A stretch of DNA of 49,220 bases from Pseudomonadota bacterium (GTDB lineage Bacteria; Pseudomonadota; Gammaproteobacteria; Steroidobacterales; JBCBZW01). The notes below the pieces were generated by a model, which saw only the letters and a list, made by a program, of their open reading frames with translations, did not search any database and was not told the DNA's origin. The position numbers and the translations under genes were made by a program. Location of the stretch: assembly GCA_039815145.1 (NCBI GenBank), contig JBCBZW010000030.1, forward strand, positions 1-49,220. Direction: 5' to 3'. Position 1 is the first letter of the stretch; the number at the start of each line of letters is the position of its first letter. Shown piece after piece: positions 25,325 through 33,808 of the stretch.

Positions 25325-25359
25325 GCGAGTGCTCCTGGGATTGTGGTGACGGGCTGGCG

Positions 25360-26979
25360 ATGAGCAATCGCTTTTCCCGTGTCGAGCGCGTGCTGCGCCT
25401 GTTCGCCCCGATTCGACCGGGCGAGGGGCAGGGCATCGTGGTGCTGGCCCTGAACGCCTTTCTGCTGCTCACGGCGTACTACATCTTCAAGACCCTGCGC
25501 GAGGCCCTGATCCTCTCGGAGTCTGGCGCCGTGGGCAAGAGCGTGGCGACGGGACTTGTCGCCCTGGTGCTGATCTTCCTGGTGCCGCTCTACGGTGTGG
25601 TGTTCCGCCATACGAATCGTACCGAATTAGTTTACTGGGTGAATGCGTTCTTTCTGACCATGCTCGCCTGCCTCTTCGCGGTGGGCTTGGCGGGCGGCTC
25701 CGTGGCGATGCTCTACTACGTGTGGGTGGGGCTGTTCGGAGTGATGGTGATCGCTCAGTTCTGGGCCTACGCCACGGACATCTACAACGTGAAGAGCGGC
25801 CAGCGCGTCTTCCCGATCGCCGTTGCTGCGTCCTCCATCGGCGCCCTCGCCGGGTCCTGGTTTAGCCAGTACGCCTTCACCTCCCTCGCCATGGGCCCCT
25901 ACGGCCTGATGATTATCGCCTCGGTGCTTTGCATTCTCAGTACGTTGCTCTACCGCCCGGCGCGTTACCTGGCGCCGGAGGACTCGCGCTGCATCGAATG
26001 CGAGTACATGAAACCGAAGGGGGAGAGCCTGTTCGGCGGCTTCGCGGTGGTGTGGGGCGATCAGTACCTGCGTCTGCTGGCCCTGTTTACGGTGATGCTC
26101 AACTGGATCAACTCCTCGGGCGAGTTCATCCTGGCCCAGGTGGTGGAGGAGCGCGCCCGGGAGATGGTACAGGCGGGGCTCACGCAGCTGAGCGTGGAGC
26201 AGTATGTGGGCGCCTTCTACGGCAGCTTCTCCTTCGCCTTCAACGCCTTGGGGCTCCTGCTGCAGCTCTTCGTGGTGTCGCGCTTGCTCAAGGCGATCGG
26301 ACTGCGCCGGGCGCTCCTGATCCTGCCCGTGCTGGTGGTGCTGAGCTACAGCCTGATCCTGTTCATTCCGATCTTCTCCCTGATCCGCCTCACCAAGGTG
26401 GTGGAGAACGGCGTCGACTACTCGCTCATGAACACGGTGCGCCACGCGCTCTACCTGCCCACGGCCCGCGAGGTGAAGTACGAGGGCAAGACCGCCATCG
26501 ACAGCTTCTTCTGGCGCTTCGGCGATCTGTTGCAGGCGGGGGTGATCTACGCGGGGGTGACCTGGTTCGACTTCGGCGTGCGCGCCTTCGTGCTGATGAA
26601 CCTGGGGCTCGGCTTCGTGTGGCTGGGCCTGTCGGTGATCGTCGGTCGCGAGTTCGGGCGCATGACCCGTCAGAACGCACCCAACGTGGCGCCCGTGCTG
26701 GCGCGGGCGATACCGGACCATGCCGTGGCCCCGTCCAGCCGCTTCGCCTTCGAATTGGCCCAGGACACCTTCACGGACCAGGACCCCGGCGACGTCATCA
26801 CCCTCAGTGCCCGCGTTGCGGGGAGTGAGCGCCTGCCACGCTGGCTGCGCTTCGACGCCGCGGCTGCGCGCTTCTCAGGGATCGCCCCGGAGCGCTTCGA
26901 GGCGCTGGATATCCGCGTCGTCGCCACCGATCTCGAGGGCCTGGAGGCCGTCGGGAGCTTTCGCCTATCGCCTGCCTAG
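25360..26979 (+). CDS. TLC/Npt-family ATP:ADP antiporter-like nucleotide transporter with a C-terminal Ig-like (He_PIG/cadherin-like) domain
   Basis: 539 aa. N-terminus VVLALNAFLLLTAYYIFKTLREALIL and FWAYATDIYNVKSGQRVFPIAVAASSIGALAGSWF align by eye to Rickettsia Tlc signature regions. About 12 TM segments. The last approximately 90 aa (DPGDVITLSARVAGSERLPRWLRFDAAAARFSGIAPERFEALDIRVVATDLEGLEAVGSFRLS) resemble a putative-Ig/dystroglycan-type domain. Divergent from the 982-aa gene; the starts are 35 bp apart. Confidence 0.7.
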   Translation: MSNRFSRVERVLRLFAPIRPGEGQGIVVLALNAFLLLTAYYIFKTLREALILSESGAVGKSVATGLVALVLIFLVPLYGVVFRHTNRTELVYWVNAFFLTMLACLFAVGLAGGSVAMLYYVWVGLFGVMVIAQFWAYATDIYNVKSGQRVFPIAVAASSIGALAGSWFSQYAFTSLAMGPYGLMIIASVLCILSTLLYRPARYLAPEDSRCIECEYMKPKGESLFGGFAVVWGDQYLRLLALFTVMLNWINSSGEFILAQVVEERAREMVQAGLTQLSVEQYVGAFYGSFSFAFNALGLLLQLFVVSRLLKAIGLRRALLILPVLVVLSYSLILFIPIFSLIRLTKVVENGVDYSLMNTVRHALYLPTAREVKYEGKTAIDSFFWRFGDLLQAGVIYAGVTWFDFGVRAFVLMNLGLGFVWLGLSVIVGREFGRMTRQNAPNVAPVLARAIPDHAVAPSSRFAFELAQDTFTDQDPGDVITLSARVAGSERLPRWLRFDAAAARFSGIAPERFEALDIRVVATDLEGLEAVGSFRLSPA

Positions 26980-26990
26980 GAATCCGTCCC

Positions 26991-28385
26991 ATGCCCGCCC
27001 ATCGCGCCCTGGTATTCGTCCTGCTGACCGCGGTCATCGTCACCGTCGCACCGCCCGTAGCAGCTCAGCGCATGCTGGGGCGGCTGAACGATTCGATTAC
27101 CGAACTCTCCGAGCAGGTGGCTCCGGCGGTGGTGCAGATCCTCGTCTCGGGCTACCGCGTGGTGCCGGGGCGTGGCAGCGCGGTGCTGGTGCCCCAGCGT
27201 GGGTCCGGTTCCGGGGTGCTGGTGGATCCGAGTGGCTACATCGTCACCAACTACCACGTGATCGAGAACGGCGAGATCATCGAAGTGGCAATGACGAACC
27301 GGCCCAGGGATCAGGATGGCCGTTCCATCGTGCGGCCGCCCTCGTCGCTGCTGCCCGCCACCGTGGTGGGGGTGGATCGGGAGACGGATCTCGCGGTGCT
27401 CAAGGTGCAGGGCGAGGGACTACCCTACCTGCCCTTCGCCGATTCGGATGATCTGCGACCCGGTCAGCTAGTGTTCGCGTTCGGTAGTCCGCGCGGTCTG
27501 CAGAACTCCGTCTCCATGGGGTTGATCAGTGCCGTGGGGCGCCAGCTCTCCCCCGACGCGCCCATGGTCTACCTGCAGACCGACGCCGCCATCAATCCGG
27601 GTAACAGCGGCGGCCCCCTCGTCGACCTGCAGGGCCGCGTGGCGGGCATCAACACCTCCATATTCAGCCAATCCGGCGGTAGCGAAGGGATCGGCTTCGC
27701 CGCGCCGTCGAACATCGTCAAGACCATCTATGCGCGGATCCGTGAGGACGGGCGCATGCGTCGCGGCACCATCGCCGCCGACACGCTGACTATCTCGCCG
27801 GCTCTGGCCCGGGGGCTCGGCTTGGATCGCACCTACGGCGTGGTCATCGAAGACGCGTTCCCGGGCGGCCCGGCCGCTAAGGCGGGCTTGCTGCCTGGCG
27901 ACGTGGTGGTCGCCCTCGACGGCAAGGTGATGGAGAACGCGCGCCAGTTCGACGTCAACGTCTACCTCAAGCCCATCGGCGGCAGCGTGCGCCTGACGGT
28001 ACTGCGCAACGGCGGCACGGTGGAGTTGCTGGTGCCCGTGATCGAGCGGCCTGACCGGGAGATGAGCCTCGGCGGGGGTGGGGTATCCGTCGATGAGCAG
28101 CGCATCGAGCGCCTGTCGATCTTCGCGGTGACCCTCGATGAGGACACGGGCGCCTTCCTGCCGCCGACCCGGCGACCGATCGGGGTGGTGGTGGGAGCCC
28201 TGCTGCCGAGCGCCACGCCCGAGCAGACCGCCCTGCAATCCGGCGATATCATCTACTCGGTCAACGGTCGGGTGGTGGACAACCTCGACGATCTGCGACG
28301 GGAGTTGGCGAGCCAGCCGCCGGGCGCGGGTTTGGTGTTACAGGTGGAGCGCCAGCGGCGCTTGCAGTACTTGGTGCAGGAGTAG
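26991..28385 (+). CDS. HtrA/DegP-family periplasmic serine endoprotease with two PDZ domains
   Basis: Signal or anchor N-terminus. The catalytic triad context (TNYHV ... DLAVLK ... DAAINPGNSGGPLV) and two PDZ-like segments are present. 12 bp after the transporter stop. Confidence 0.85.
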   Translation: MPAHRALVFVLLTAVIVTVAPPVAAQRMLGRLNDSITELSEQVAPAVVQILVSGYRVVPGRGSAVLVPQRGSGSGVLVDPSGYIVTNYHVIENGEIIEVAMTNRPRDQDGRSIVRPPSSLLPATVVGVDRETDLAVLKVQGEGLPYLPFADSDDLRPGQLVFAFGSPRGLQNSVSMGLISAVGRQLSPDAPMVYLQTDAAINPGNSGGPLVDLQGRVAGINTSIFSQSGGSEGIGFAAPSNIVKTIYARIREDGRMRRGTIAADTLTISPALARGLGLDRTYGVVIEDAFPGGPAAKAGLLPGDVVVALDGKVMENARQFDVNVYLKPIGGSVRLTVLRNGGTVELLVPVIERPDREMSLGGGGVSVDEQRIERLSIFAVTLDEDTGAFLPPTRRPIGVVVGALLPSATPEQTALQSGDIIYSVNGRVVDNLDDLRRELASQPPGAGLVLQVERQRRLQYLVQE

Positions 28386-28392
28386 CGGTCAG

Positions 28393-29646
28393 GTGGGTAG
28401 TTTCCTGCACAGTGTCGTAGGCATCGTCGCGCTGTTGGCGTTTGCCGTCGCCATCAGTGAGTCCCGTGGCGCCATTCGCTGGCGTTTGCCGGTGGCGGCC
28501 ATGGCGCTGCATTTCGCCCTGGCCCTGTTGTTCCTCAAGTTTCCCGCGAGCGCGGGCGTGTTCGGGTTCGTCGCTGGCGGCGTGCTGGCCCTGCAGGGGG
28601 CGAGCGAGGTGGGGGCATCGTTCGTCTTCGGCTATCTGGGCGGTGCGCCGCTGCCCTTCGAGGAGACTGAGGTGGGGTCGAGCCTCGTGCTCGCCTTTCG
28701 CATCATGCCCATCCTGCTGTTCATCAGCGCGTGGACGGCGCTCCTGTCCTACTGGCGGGTGCTGCCCGCGATCGTGCAGGCCTTCGGCTGGGCCCTGGAG
28801 CGTACCTTGGGCGTCGGTGGCGCTGTCGGGGTGGCGACGGCGGCTAACGTGTTCGTTGGGATGATCGAGGCGCCACTCTTCGTGCGCGGCTACCTGGCGC
28901 ATTTGAGCCGCGGTGAGTTGTTCGCGGTGATGTGTGCCGGCATGGCGACGATCGCCGGCACCATGTTCGCCCTGTACTCGACGGTGCTGGCCCCGGTCAT
29001 CCCCGACGCGCCGGGGCATCTGCTCACGGCCTCGCTGATCAGCATGCCGGCGGCGATCATGATCGCCTACCTCATGGTGCCCCTCGAGGGCCCCGCCACA
29101 CCGGCCTCGGCGGAGGAGCCCTTCGAGGCGGCGAGCAGCATCGACGCGCTCACCGTGGGCACCCAGAGCGGTGTGCAGCTGTACATCGGCGTGGTGTCCA
29201 TGCTGTTCGTCTTCGTGGCGAGCGCGGCGCTGATCAACAATGCCCTCGGGTTGCTGCCGGATGTCGCTGGCGCGCCGATCAGCCTGGAGCGAGTGCTCGG
29301 CGTGCTGATGGCGCCGCTGGCCCTGGCGATCGGCTTGCCCTGGGAGGAGGCGCTCACGGGCGGGTCGCTGCTCGGCAAGAAGGTCGTGCTCAACGAGTTC
29401 CTGGCCTACCTGGATCTGGCCGCCCTCAGCGATACGGACCTCTCGGAGCGCAGCCGACTGATCCTCACCTACGCGCTCTGCGGCTTCGCCAACCTGGGGA
29501 GCCTTGGAATCACGATCGGGGGCCTCGCGAGCCTGGTGCCCGAGCGGCGGGTGGAGATCATCGAATTGGGCATCAAGAGCATCGTGGGCGGCAGCCTGGC
29601 GACGGGCTTGACCGGGGCCGTCGTCGGTCTCGTGCTGCTCGTGTAG
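28393..29646 (+). CDS. nupC: NupC/CNT-family concentrative nucleoside transporter
   Basis: ORF 28138..29646. GTG at 28393, in frame, GGAG 10 nt upstream, 8 bp after the degP-like stop. The protein aligns along its length to E. coli NupC (VLPAIVQAFGW, KVVLNEFLAY, FANLGSLGITIGGL). Confidence 0.8.
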   Translation: MGSFLHSVVGIVALLAFAVAISESRGAIRWRLPVAAMALHFALALLFLKFPASAGVFGFVAGGVLALQGASEVGASFVFGYLGGAPLPFEETEVGSSLVLAFRIMPILLFISAWTALLSYWRVLPAIVQAFGWALERTLGVGGAVGVATAANVFVGMIEAPLFVRGYLAHLSRGELFAVMCAGMATIAGTMFALYSTVLAPVIPDAPGHLLTASLISMPAAIMIAYLMVPLEGPATPASAEEPFEAASSIDALTVGTQSGVQLYIGVVSMLFVFVASAALINNALGLLPDVAGAPISLERVLGVLMAPLALAIGLPWEEALTGGSLLGKKVVLNEFLAYLDLAALSDTDLSERSRLILTYALCGFANLGSLGITIGGLASLVPERRVEIIELGIKSIVGGSLATGLTGAVVGLVLLV

Positions 29647-29681
29647 CGACGGTAAGGGACGTGGGCCCGCTGCACCGTCCG

Positions 29682-30395
29682 CTACACGTCCCAGTTCTTG
29701 TACATCGCCGTGAAGGTCAAGGTGTTGAACGCTGCGTGGGCGATCATCAGCGGCCATAGGTTGCGCCGGTAGGCGAGGTAGAGAACGCCGAGCGTGAGCC
29801 CGATGACGCCTGTGGTGATCAGCCCCCGCGGGCCCTGGTAGTACAGGTGACCCACCCCGAACACGAGGGCGGGCACGAACACGGTGAGCGCCGTCGCCAC
29901 CCGTGAGGTGCCGAGCCCCTTGCCCAGCTGGTAGATCATGATGCCGCGAAAATAGAGCTCCTCCGCGGGGCCCGCGAACCACAGGATGGGGATCCAGCTG
30001 AGGTAGAGCGCCGTATTGCCCTGGAGATCGCCGAAGCGCATCTGTGGCCCCGTGGGGTCCCCCGCCATGAAGGCGAAGCCGAGCGACTCGCCGGCGAAGG
30101 CGATGCCTGCGCCCGAGGCCGGTATCAGAATGAAGGCGAGCAGTGTCTGCGGCAGCAGCAACAGCCATTGCTTGCGCTTGGTCAGGGCGACCAGCCCGAG
30201 GTCCGCCAGGCTGGCCCCGCGCCAGCGCAGGTAGGGCACGAACACGCTCAAGGTCAGGGCCAGGGCGATGGGGCCCGAGTAGCGCCAGATGAGCTGGTCG
30301 AGGATGGCCTTGACCAGATGGCCGATGAGCACGATGCCAGTGAACTCGATCAGCGCCAGCTGACGCGGCGTAAGAGAAGGTCTGCTGCTTGTCAT
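29682..30395 (-). CDS. CPBP-family intramembrane glutamic endopeptidase (CAAX protease-like)
   Basis: 237 aa, multi-TM. EELYFRG, FGVGH and HAAFN motifs are present. Confidence 0.8.
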   Translation of the reverse strand: MTSSRPSLTPRQLALIEFTGIVLIGHLVKAILDQLIWRYSGPIALALTLSVFVPYLRWRGASLADLGLVALTKRKQWLLLLPQTLLAFILIPASGAGIAFAGESLGFAFMAGDPTGPQMRFGDLQGNTALYLSWIPILWFAGPAEELYFRGIMIYQLGKGLGTSRVATALTVFVPALVFGVGHLYYQGPRGLITTGVIGLTLGVLYLAYRRNLWPLMIAHAAFNTLTFTAMYKNWDV

Positions 30396-30453
30396 CGGGT
30401 CAGTCTGCGCTGGGAGGCACCGATCAGGATTGAACGATCGTGCAGCGCGCGAC

Positions 30454-31263
30454 CTAGGGCGTGGCGTGCACCGAGGTCAGCCAGCGTTTCGGGGCCTGGC
30501 CGTAGGTCTTCTTGAAATGGCGGGTGAAGTGGCTCTGGTCGGCGAAGCCGCAAGCGTGGGCGATGTCGACGAGGCGTCGGCCTTCGAGCAGCCCCTGACG
30601 GGCCAGGTCCAGGCGACGCATCACGAGGTAGCGGTAGGGGCTGGTGCCGAGGAGGGCGCGAAAGTCGCGCGAGAGCTGCCAGCGGCTCTGGTCGGTCACC
30701 TGCTCCAGGGTGGCGAGGTCGAAGCCCTCGAGCAGGTGGGCGTCGATGTAGTCCCGAGCGCACTCGACGGCGCGTAGGTCGGCGCTCTCGAGCGGACCCC
30801 CTGCGCAGGCTGCGTTGTCGTCGAGGTGCGCCATGCGGCGGGCGAGGTCGTAGAGCATGTCATCGTACTCGGCCGCCTCGAGGGGATGGTCCAGGTCCCC
30901 CAGGAGCATCTCCACCACCGCTTGCAGACGCCCATCGGTGCTTACCCCATCGGGCACGAAGGGCAGGGCTCGGCCGCCGAGCACGCGCTGCAGGTCGGTG
31001 GGCGCGATACAGATCGATCGGTAGCCGAAGCCCTCGTCCGTGCCGGCCTGGCCGTCGTGCAGTTCATCTGGGTGCAGCACGACGATGCCGCCCGGGGAGG
31101 AGTGGCGAAGGGCACCGCGGTAATTGAAACTCTGCACGCCGTGGGTGGTGAGGGCGATGGTGTAGGTGTCGTGGCGATGGGGCGCGTAGGCCTTGCCGTA
31201 GAAGAAGGCTTCGATGCACTCGCGCTCGCCGGCGCCCCGCCGTATCCAGCCACCTTCTGTCAT
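30454..31263 (-). CDS. AraC-family transcriptional regulator
   Basis: 269 aa. N-terminal cupin-like sensor domain. C-terminal AraC HTH (GFADQSHFTRHFKKTYGQAPKRW). Confidence 0.85.
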   Translation of the reverse strand: MTEGGWIRRGAGERECIEAFFYGKAYAPHRHDTYTIALTTHGVQSFNYRGALRHSSPGGIVVLHPDELHDGQAGTDEGFGYRSICIAPTDLQRVLGGRALPFVPDGVSTDGRLQAVVEMLLGDLDHPLEAAEYDDMLYDLARRMAHLDDNAACAGGPLESADLRAVECARDYIDAHLLEGFDLATLEQVTDQSRWQLSRDFRALLGTSPYRYLVMRRLDLARQGLLEGRRLVDIAHACGFADQSHFTRHFKKTYGQAPKRWLTSVHATP

Positions 31264-31302
31264 AACGTCCTCTCGCCGTCCGTGGGGCTTGTGCGCCCAT
31301 TC

Positions 31303-31466
31303 TAGTGACCTGTCACGCTAGATCGTTGAAGAATACGCGGGTGCTTTTTGCCCCTGAGCACGTTGCGCCTCCTCCCGTGGGGCCTGCCACGCTCGTCGTC
31401 GCGCCGCCCTCAGGAACGAAAAGCCCCGTGCGAATTCTTCAACGATCCAACGTGACAGGACACTAG
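31303..31466. repeat. palindromic MITE/REP-like repeat element, copy B (164 bp), in the AraC upstream region
   Basis: Imperfect 33-bp terminal inverted repeats ctagtgacctgtcacgctagatcgttgaagaat / attcttcaacgatccaacgtgacaggacactag. The core contains acgttgcgcctcctcc, shared with copies A and C. The interior is itself partly palindromic. Confidence 0.75.
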
Positions 31467-31552
31467 CAGCGGTGCGTCGGCGCGACGATCGGTCGCAACC
31501 TCTCATGGTGTCGTGACATCAGAGTCGGCAGGTATTCGGATGGGGGAGATGC

Positions 31553-32599
31553 GTGCGGACAGCAGTCTTGAGCCTGTGGGCGCTGTGGCTTTGCCTAGGC
31601 GTCGCCATTGCGGCGCCGGCAACAGCCTCGACGCCGGTCCTGCGCGAAGTGGATCGCGTGCGCCTGGCCGAGGCCTACGCGCTGGCGCGGTCCCTACCCG
31701 ATCTGTGGCCGGCCTGGGACACGGTGCCCTTCGCCGTCTTGCTGGTGACCGAGGAGGATGAGTTCCTCCTCCGCCACCCGGCGCCGCCCAAGGATGCGTT
31801 CCAGTCCCTGGGCTACGACCCCGTGCTCGAGAGCGACGTGTTGCACCGATCCGCCACCGGTCGCTTCTCCCCGGAGCTGCTCGCCACCTTCCCCGCCGTG
31901 GGGGGCGTGAACACCGTGGTGGTGGGGACGGCAGAGCGCACTGGCAAGTCGTCGACCTTGTGGGTGCTGACCCTTCTCCACGAGCACTTCCACCAATGGC
32001 AATACACGCGCGAAGACTATTATTCCGCCGTGGCGTCGCTGGACCTGGACGGAGGTGACACCACCGGGATGTGGCAACTCAACTTCCCCTTCGCCTATGA
32101 GGATGAAGAGGTAGGTGAGGCTGTCGCGCGCTATCGGTCGGATGTCGCAGCGGCCTTGGAGGCGGCCGCCGCCGCGGCGCCGGCGGAGGTGGCCAAGGGA
32201 GTGATCGAGGCCCGCGCGCACCTGCGCGCGACGCTCTCCGCGGCGGACCACCGTTACCTCGACTTCCAGCTGTGGCAGGAGGGTGTGGCCCGCTACACGG
32301 AGCTGCTGGTGGCGCGCGAGGCGATCGGCAGGCACACCCCCACCGAGGCCTTCAGCGCCCTCGCGGATGTGGTGTCCTACGCGCAGGCGCTGGCTTTGCT
32401 GGAGGCGCAGCTGGCGCGGGAACTGTCGGTCCTCGACCTCGCGCGACACCGGCGTGAGGCGTTCTATCCCTTGGGTGCCCAGGAGGCGCTACTGCTCGAT
32501 CGGGTGCACCCCTTGTGGCGGGAGCGTTACTACCGCCACAAGTTCTCCCTGGGGGCGCTGCTGCCGCGGGGCGGGGCGGACACGCGCGTGGTGGAGTGA
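31553..32599 (+). CDS. hypothetical secreted protein with an HExxH motif (possible metallopeptidase-like)
   Basis: 348 aa. Signal peptide MRTAVLSLWALWLCLGVAIAAPATA. LLHEHFHQWQ contains HExxH. No family recognised. Confidence 0.6.
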   Translation: MRTAVLSLWALWLCLGVAIAAPATASTPVLREVDRVRLAEAYALARSLPDLWPAWDTVPFAVLLVTEEDEFLLRHPAPPKDAFQSLGYDPVLESDVLHRSATGRFSPELLATFPAVGGVNTVVVGTAERTGKSSTLWVLTLLHEHFHQWQYTREDYYSAVASLDLDGGDTTGMWQLNFPFAYEDEEVGEAVARYRSDVAAALEAAAAAAPAEVAKGVIEARAHLRATLSAADHRYLDFQLWQEGVARYTELLVAREAIGRHTPTEAFSALADVVSYAQALALLEAQLARELSVLDLARHRREAFYPLGAQEALLLDRVHPLWRERYYRHKFSLGALLPRGGADTRVVE

Positions 32600-32710
32600 T
32601 GGCGCGCGCGCCTCGCACGCCCGTCGGTCTACCTCATGCCGGTCGCGGGACCTGCCGGCTTGCGGCATTCTAGGATTCTGATTCGGTTCGTTCGACGAAG
32701 GGAGACTGCT

Positions 32711-33808
32711 GTGAAGGGCGCGCGCCGCGGGAGCGTCTGTATCCGCGCTGACGGTCACGCGCGCTGGATCGGCGCCGTCGCGGCGCTGTTGGCGTTCGTT
32801 CCCGCCTTGGGGCAGGACAGCTCGCCAGACCCCCTGTTTCTCAGTGACGACCCGCTAGCGCTGACGCTCACGGTCGATCTGCGTGCGTTGGAACTGAACA
32901 CGGAGGCGCCGCGCGACCACCCCGCCACGCTCAGCTTCGAAAACGCCGCGGGTGCACCCATCCAGCTCGACGCCAAGCTCCGCCCGCGCGGGCACAGCCG
33001 GCGCCAGCTCTGCGACTTCCCACCCCTGCGCTTGGATCTGCCCAAGGGCGAGGTCGCCGACACGGTCTTCGCGCGCCAGAACAAGCTGAAGCTCGTGACC
33101 CACTGCGTCAGCATGGGCAAGCGCAGCCGCAATGCCCGAGCCCACGTGGCCCTCGAATACCTCGCCTATCGCATGCTGAACCGCCTCACGGAGGTGAGTT
33201 TCCTGGTCCGACCCCTGCACGTGACCTACGTGGATGCACGCTCGGGACGCGAGCACGAGCACGTCGCCTTCGTGATCGAGCACAAGCGGCGCCTGGCAGC
33301 CCGCCTCGGGTGGCCCGTGGCCGAGGTGGACCAGATCCCCAAGCCGCAGCTCGACCCGGAGGTGACCGCGCGGGTGGATCTGTTTCAGTTCCTGATCGGT
33401 AACACCGATTACTCGATCGTGGCCGGAGAGCCGGGCGAGGAGTGCTGTCACAACGCCATCGCCTTGCAGCGCGACAATCGCTACCTGCCCATACCTTACG
33501 ATTTCGATATGTCCGGGCTGGTCAACAAGCCCGAGGCGAAGCCGCGCCGCAGCTTAGGGATTCGCAGCGTTCGCCAACGGCTCTACCGGGGATATTGCCG
33601 CGATGAGCGCTACCTGGACGAGGCGGTCGATCAGTACGTGGCCGCACGGGACTTGCTCATGGAGGAGGTGGCGCGGGCGGCGGAGCTCTTCGAGCTGTCC
33701 AGGGCTTCCCGCATGACGGCGGACAAGTTCGTCGACGACTTCTACACCCAGGTCTTGTTGGATCCGGGCCAGCTCGAGCGCAAGATCAAACGGCGCTGCC
33801 GCGAGTAG
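32711..33808 (+). CDS. hypothetical exported or membrane-anchored protein with HipA-like kinase motifs
   Basis: ORF 32636..33808. GTG at 32711 with GGAGA upstream gives a hydrophobic N-terminus (ARWIGAVAALLAFVPALGQ). FLIGNTDYS ... CCHNAIAL ... IPYDFDMSG resembles the HipA/CtkA catalytic-loop pattern (LIGNTDDHLKN ... PAYDLL). Confidence 0.55.
   Translation: MKGARRGSVCIRADGHARWIGAVAALLAFVPALGQDSSPDPLFLSDDPLALTLTVDLRALELNTEAPRDHPATLSFENAAGAPIQLDAKLRPRGHSRRQLCDFPPLRLDLPKGEVADTVFARQNKLKLVTHCVSMGKRSRNARAHVALEYLAYRMLNRLTEVSFLVRPLHVTYVDARSGREHEHVAFVIEHKRRLAARLGWPVAEVDQIPKPQLDPEVTARVDLFQFLIGNTDYSIVAGEPGEECCHNAIALQRDNRYLPIPYDFDMSGLVNKPEAKPRRSLGIRSVRQRLYRGYCRDERYLDEAVDQYVAARDLLMEEVARAAELFELSRASRMTADKFVDDFYTQVLLDPGQLERKIKRRCRE

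Noticed and set aside
25627-26721. 364-aa minus-strand ORF antisense to the TLC transporter
   Set aside because: His/Gly/Glu-rich artefact. The sense strand encodes a 12-TM transporter with TLC signatures.
28138-28392. Upstream 85 codons of the nupC ORF that overlap the degP-like gene
   Set aside because: This part of the frame is Arg/Trp/Cys-rich nonsense. NupC homology starts at the GTG at 28393, right after the DegP stop and with an SD.
28261-30168. 635-aa minus-strand ORF
   Set aside because: Antisense to nupC and overlapping the CPBP gene. The translation is Arg/Gly/His-rich.
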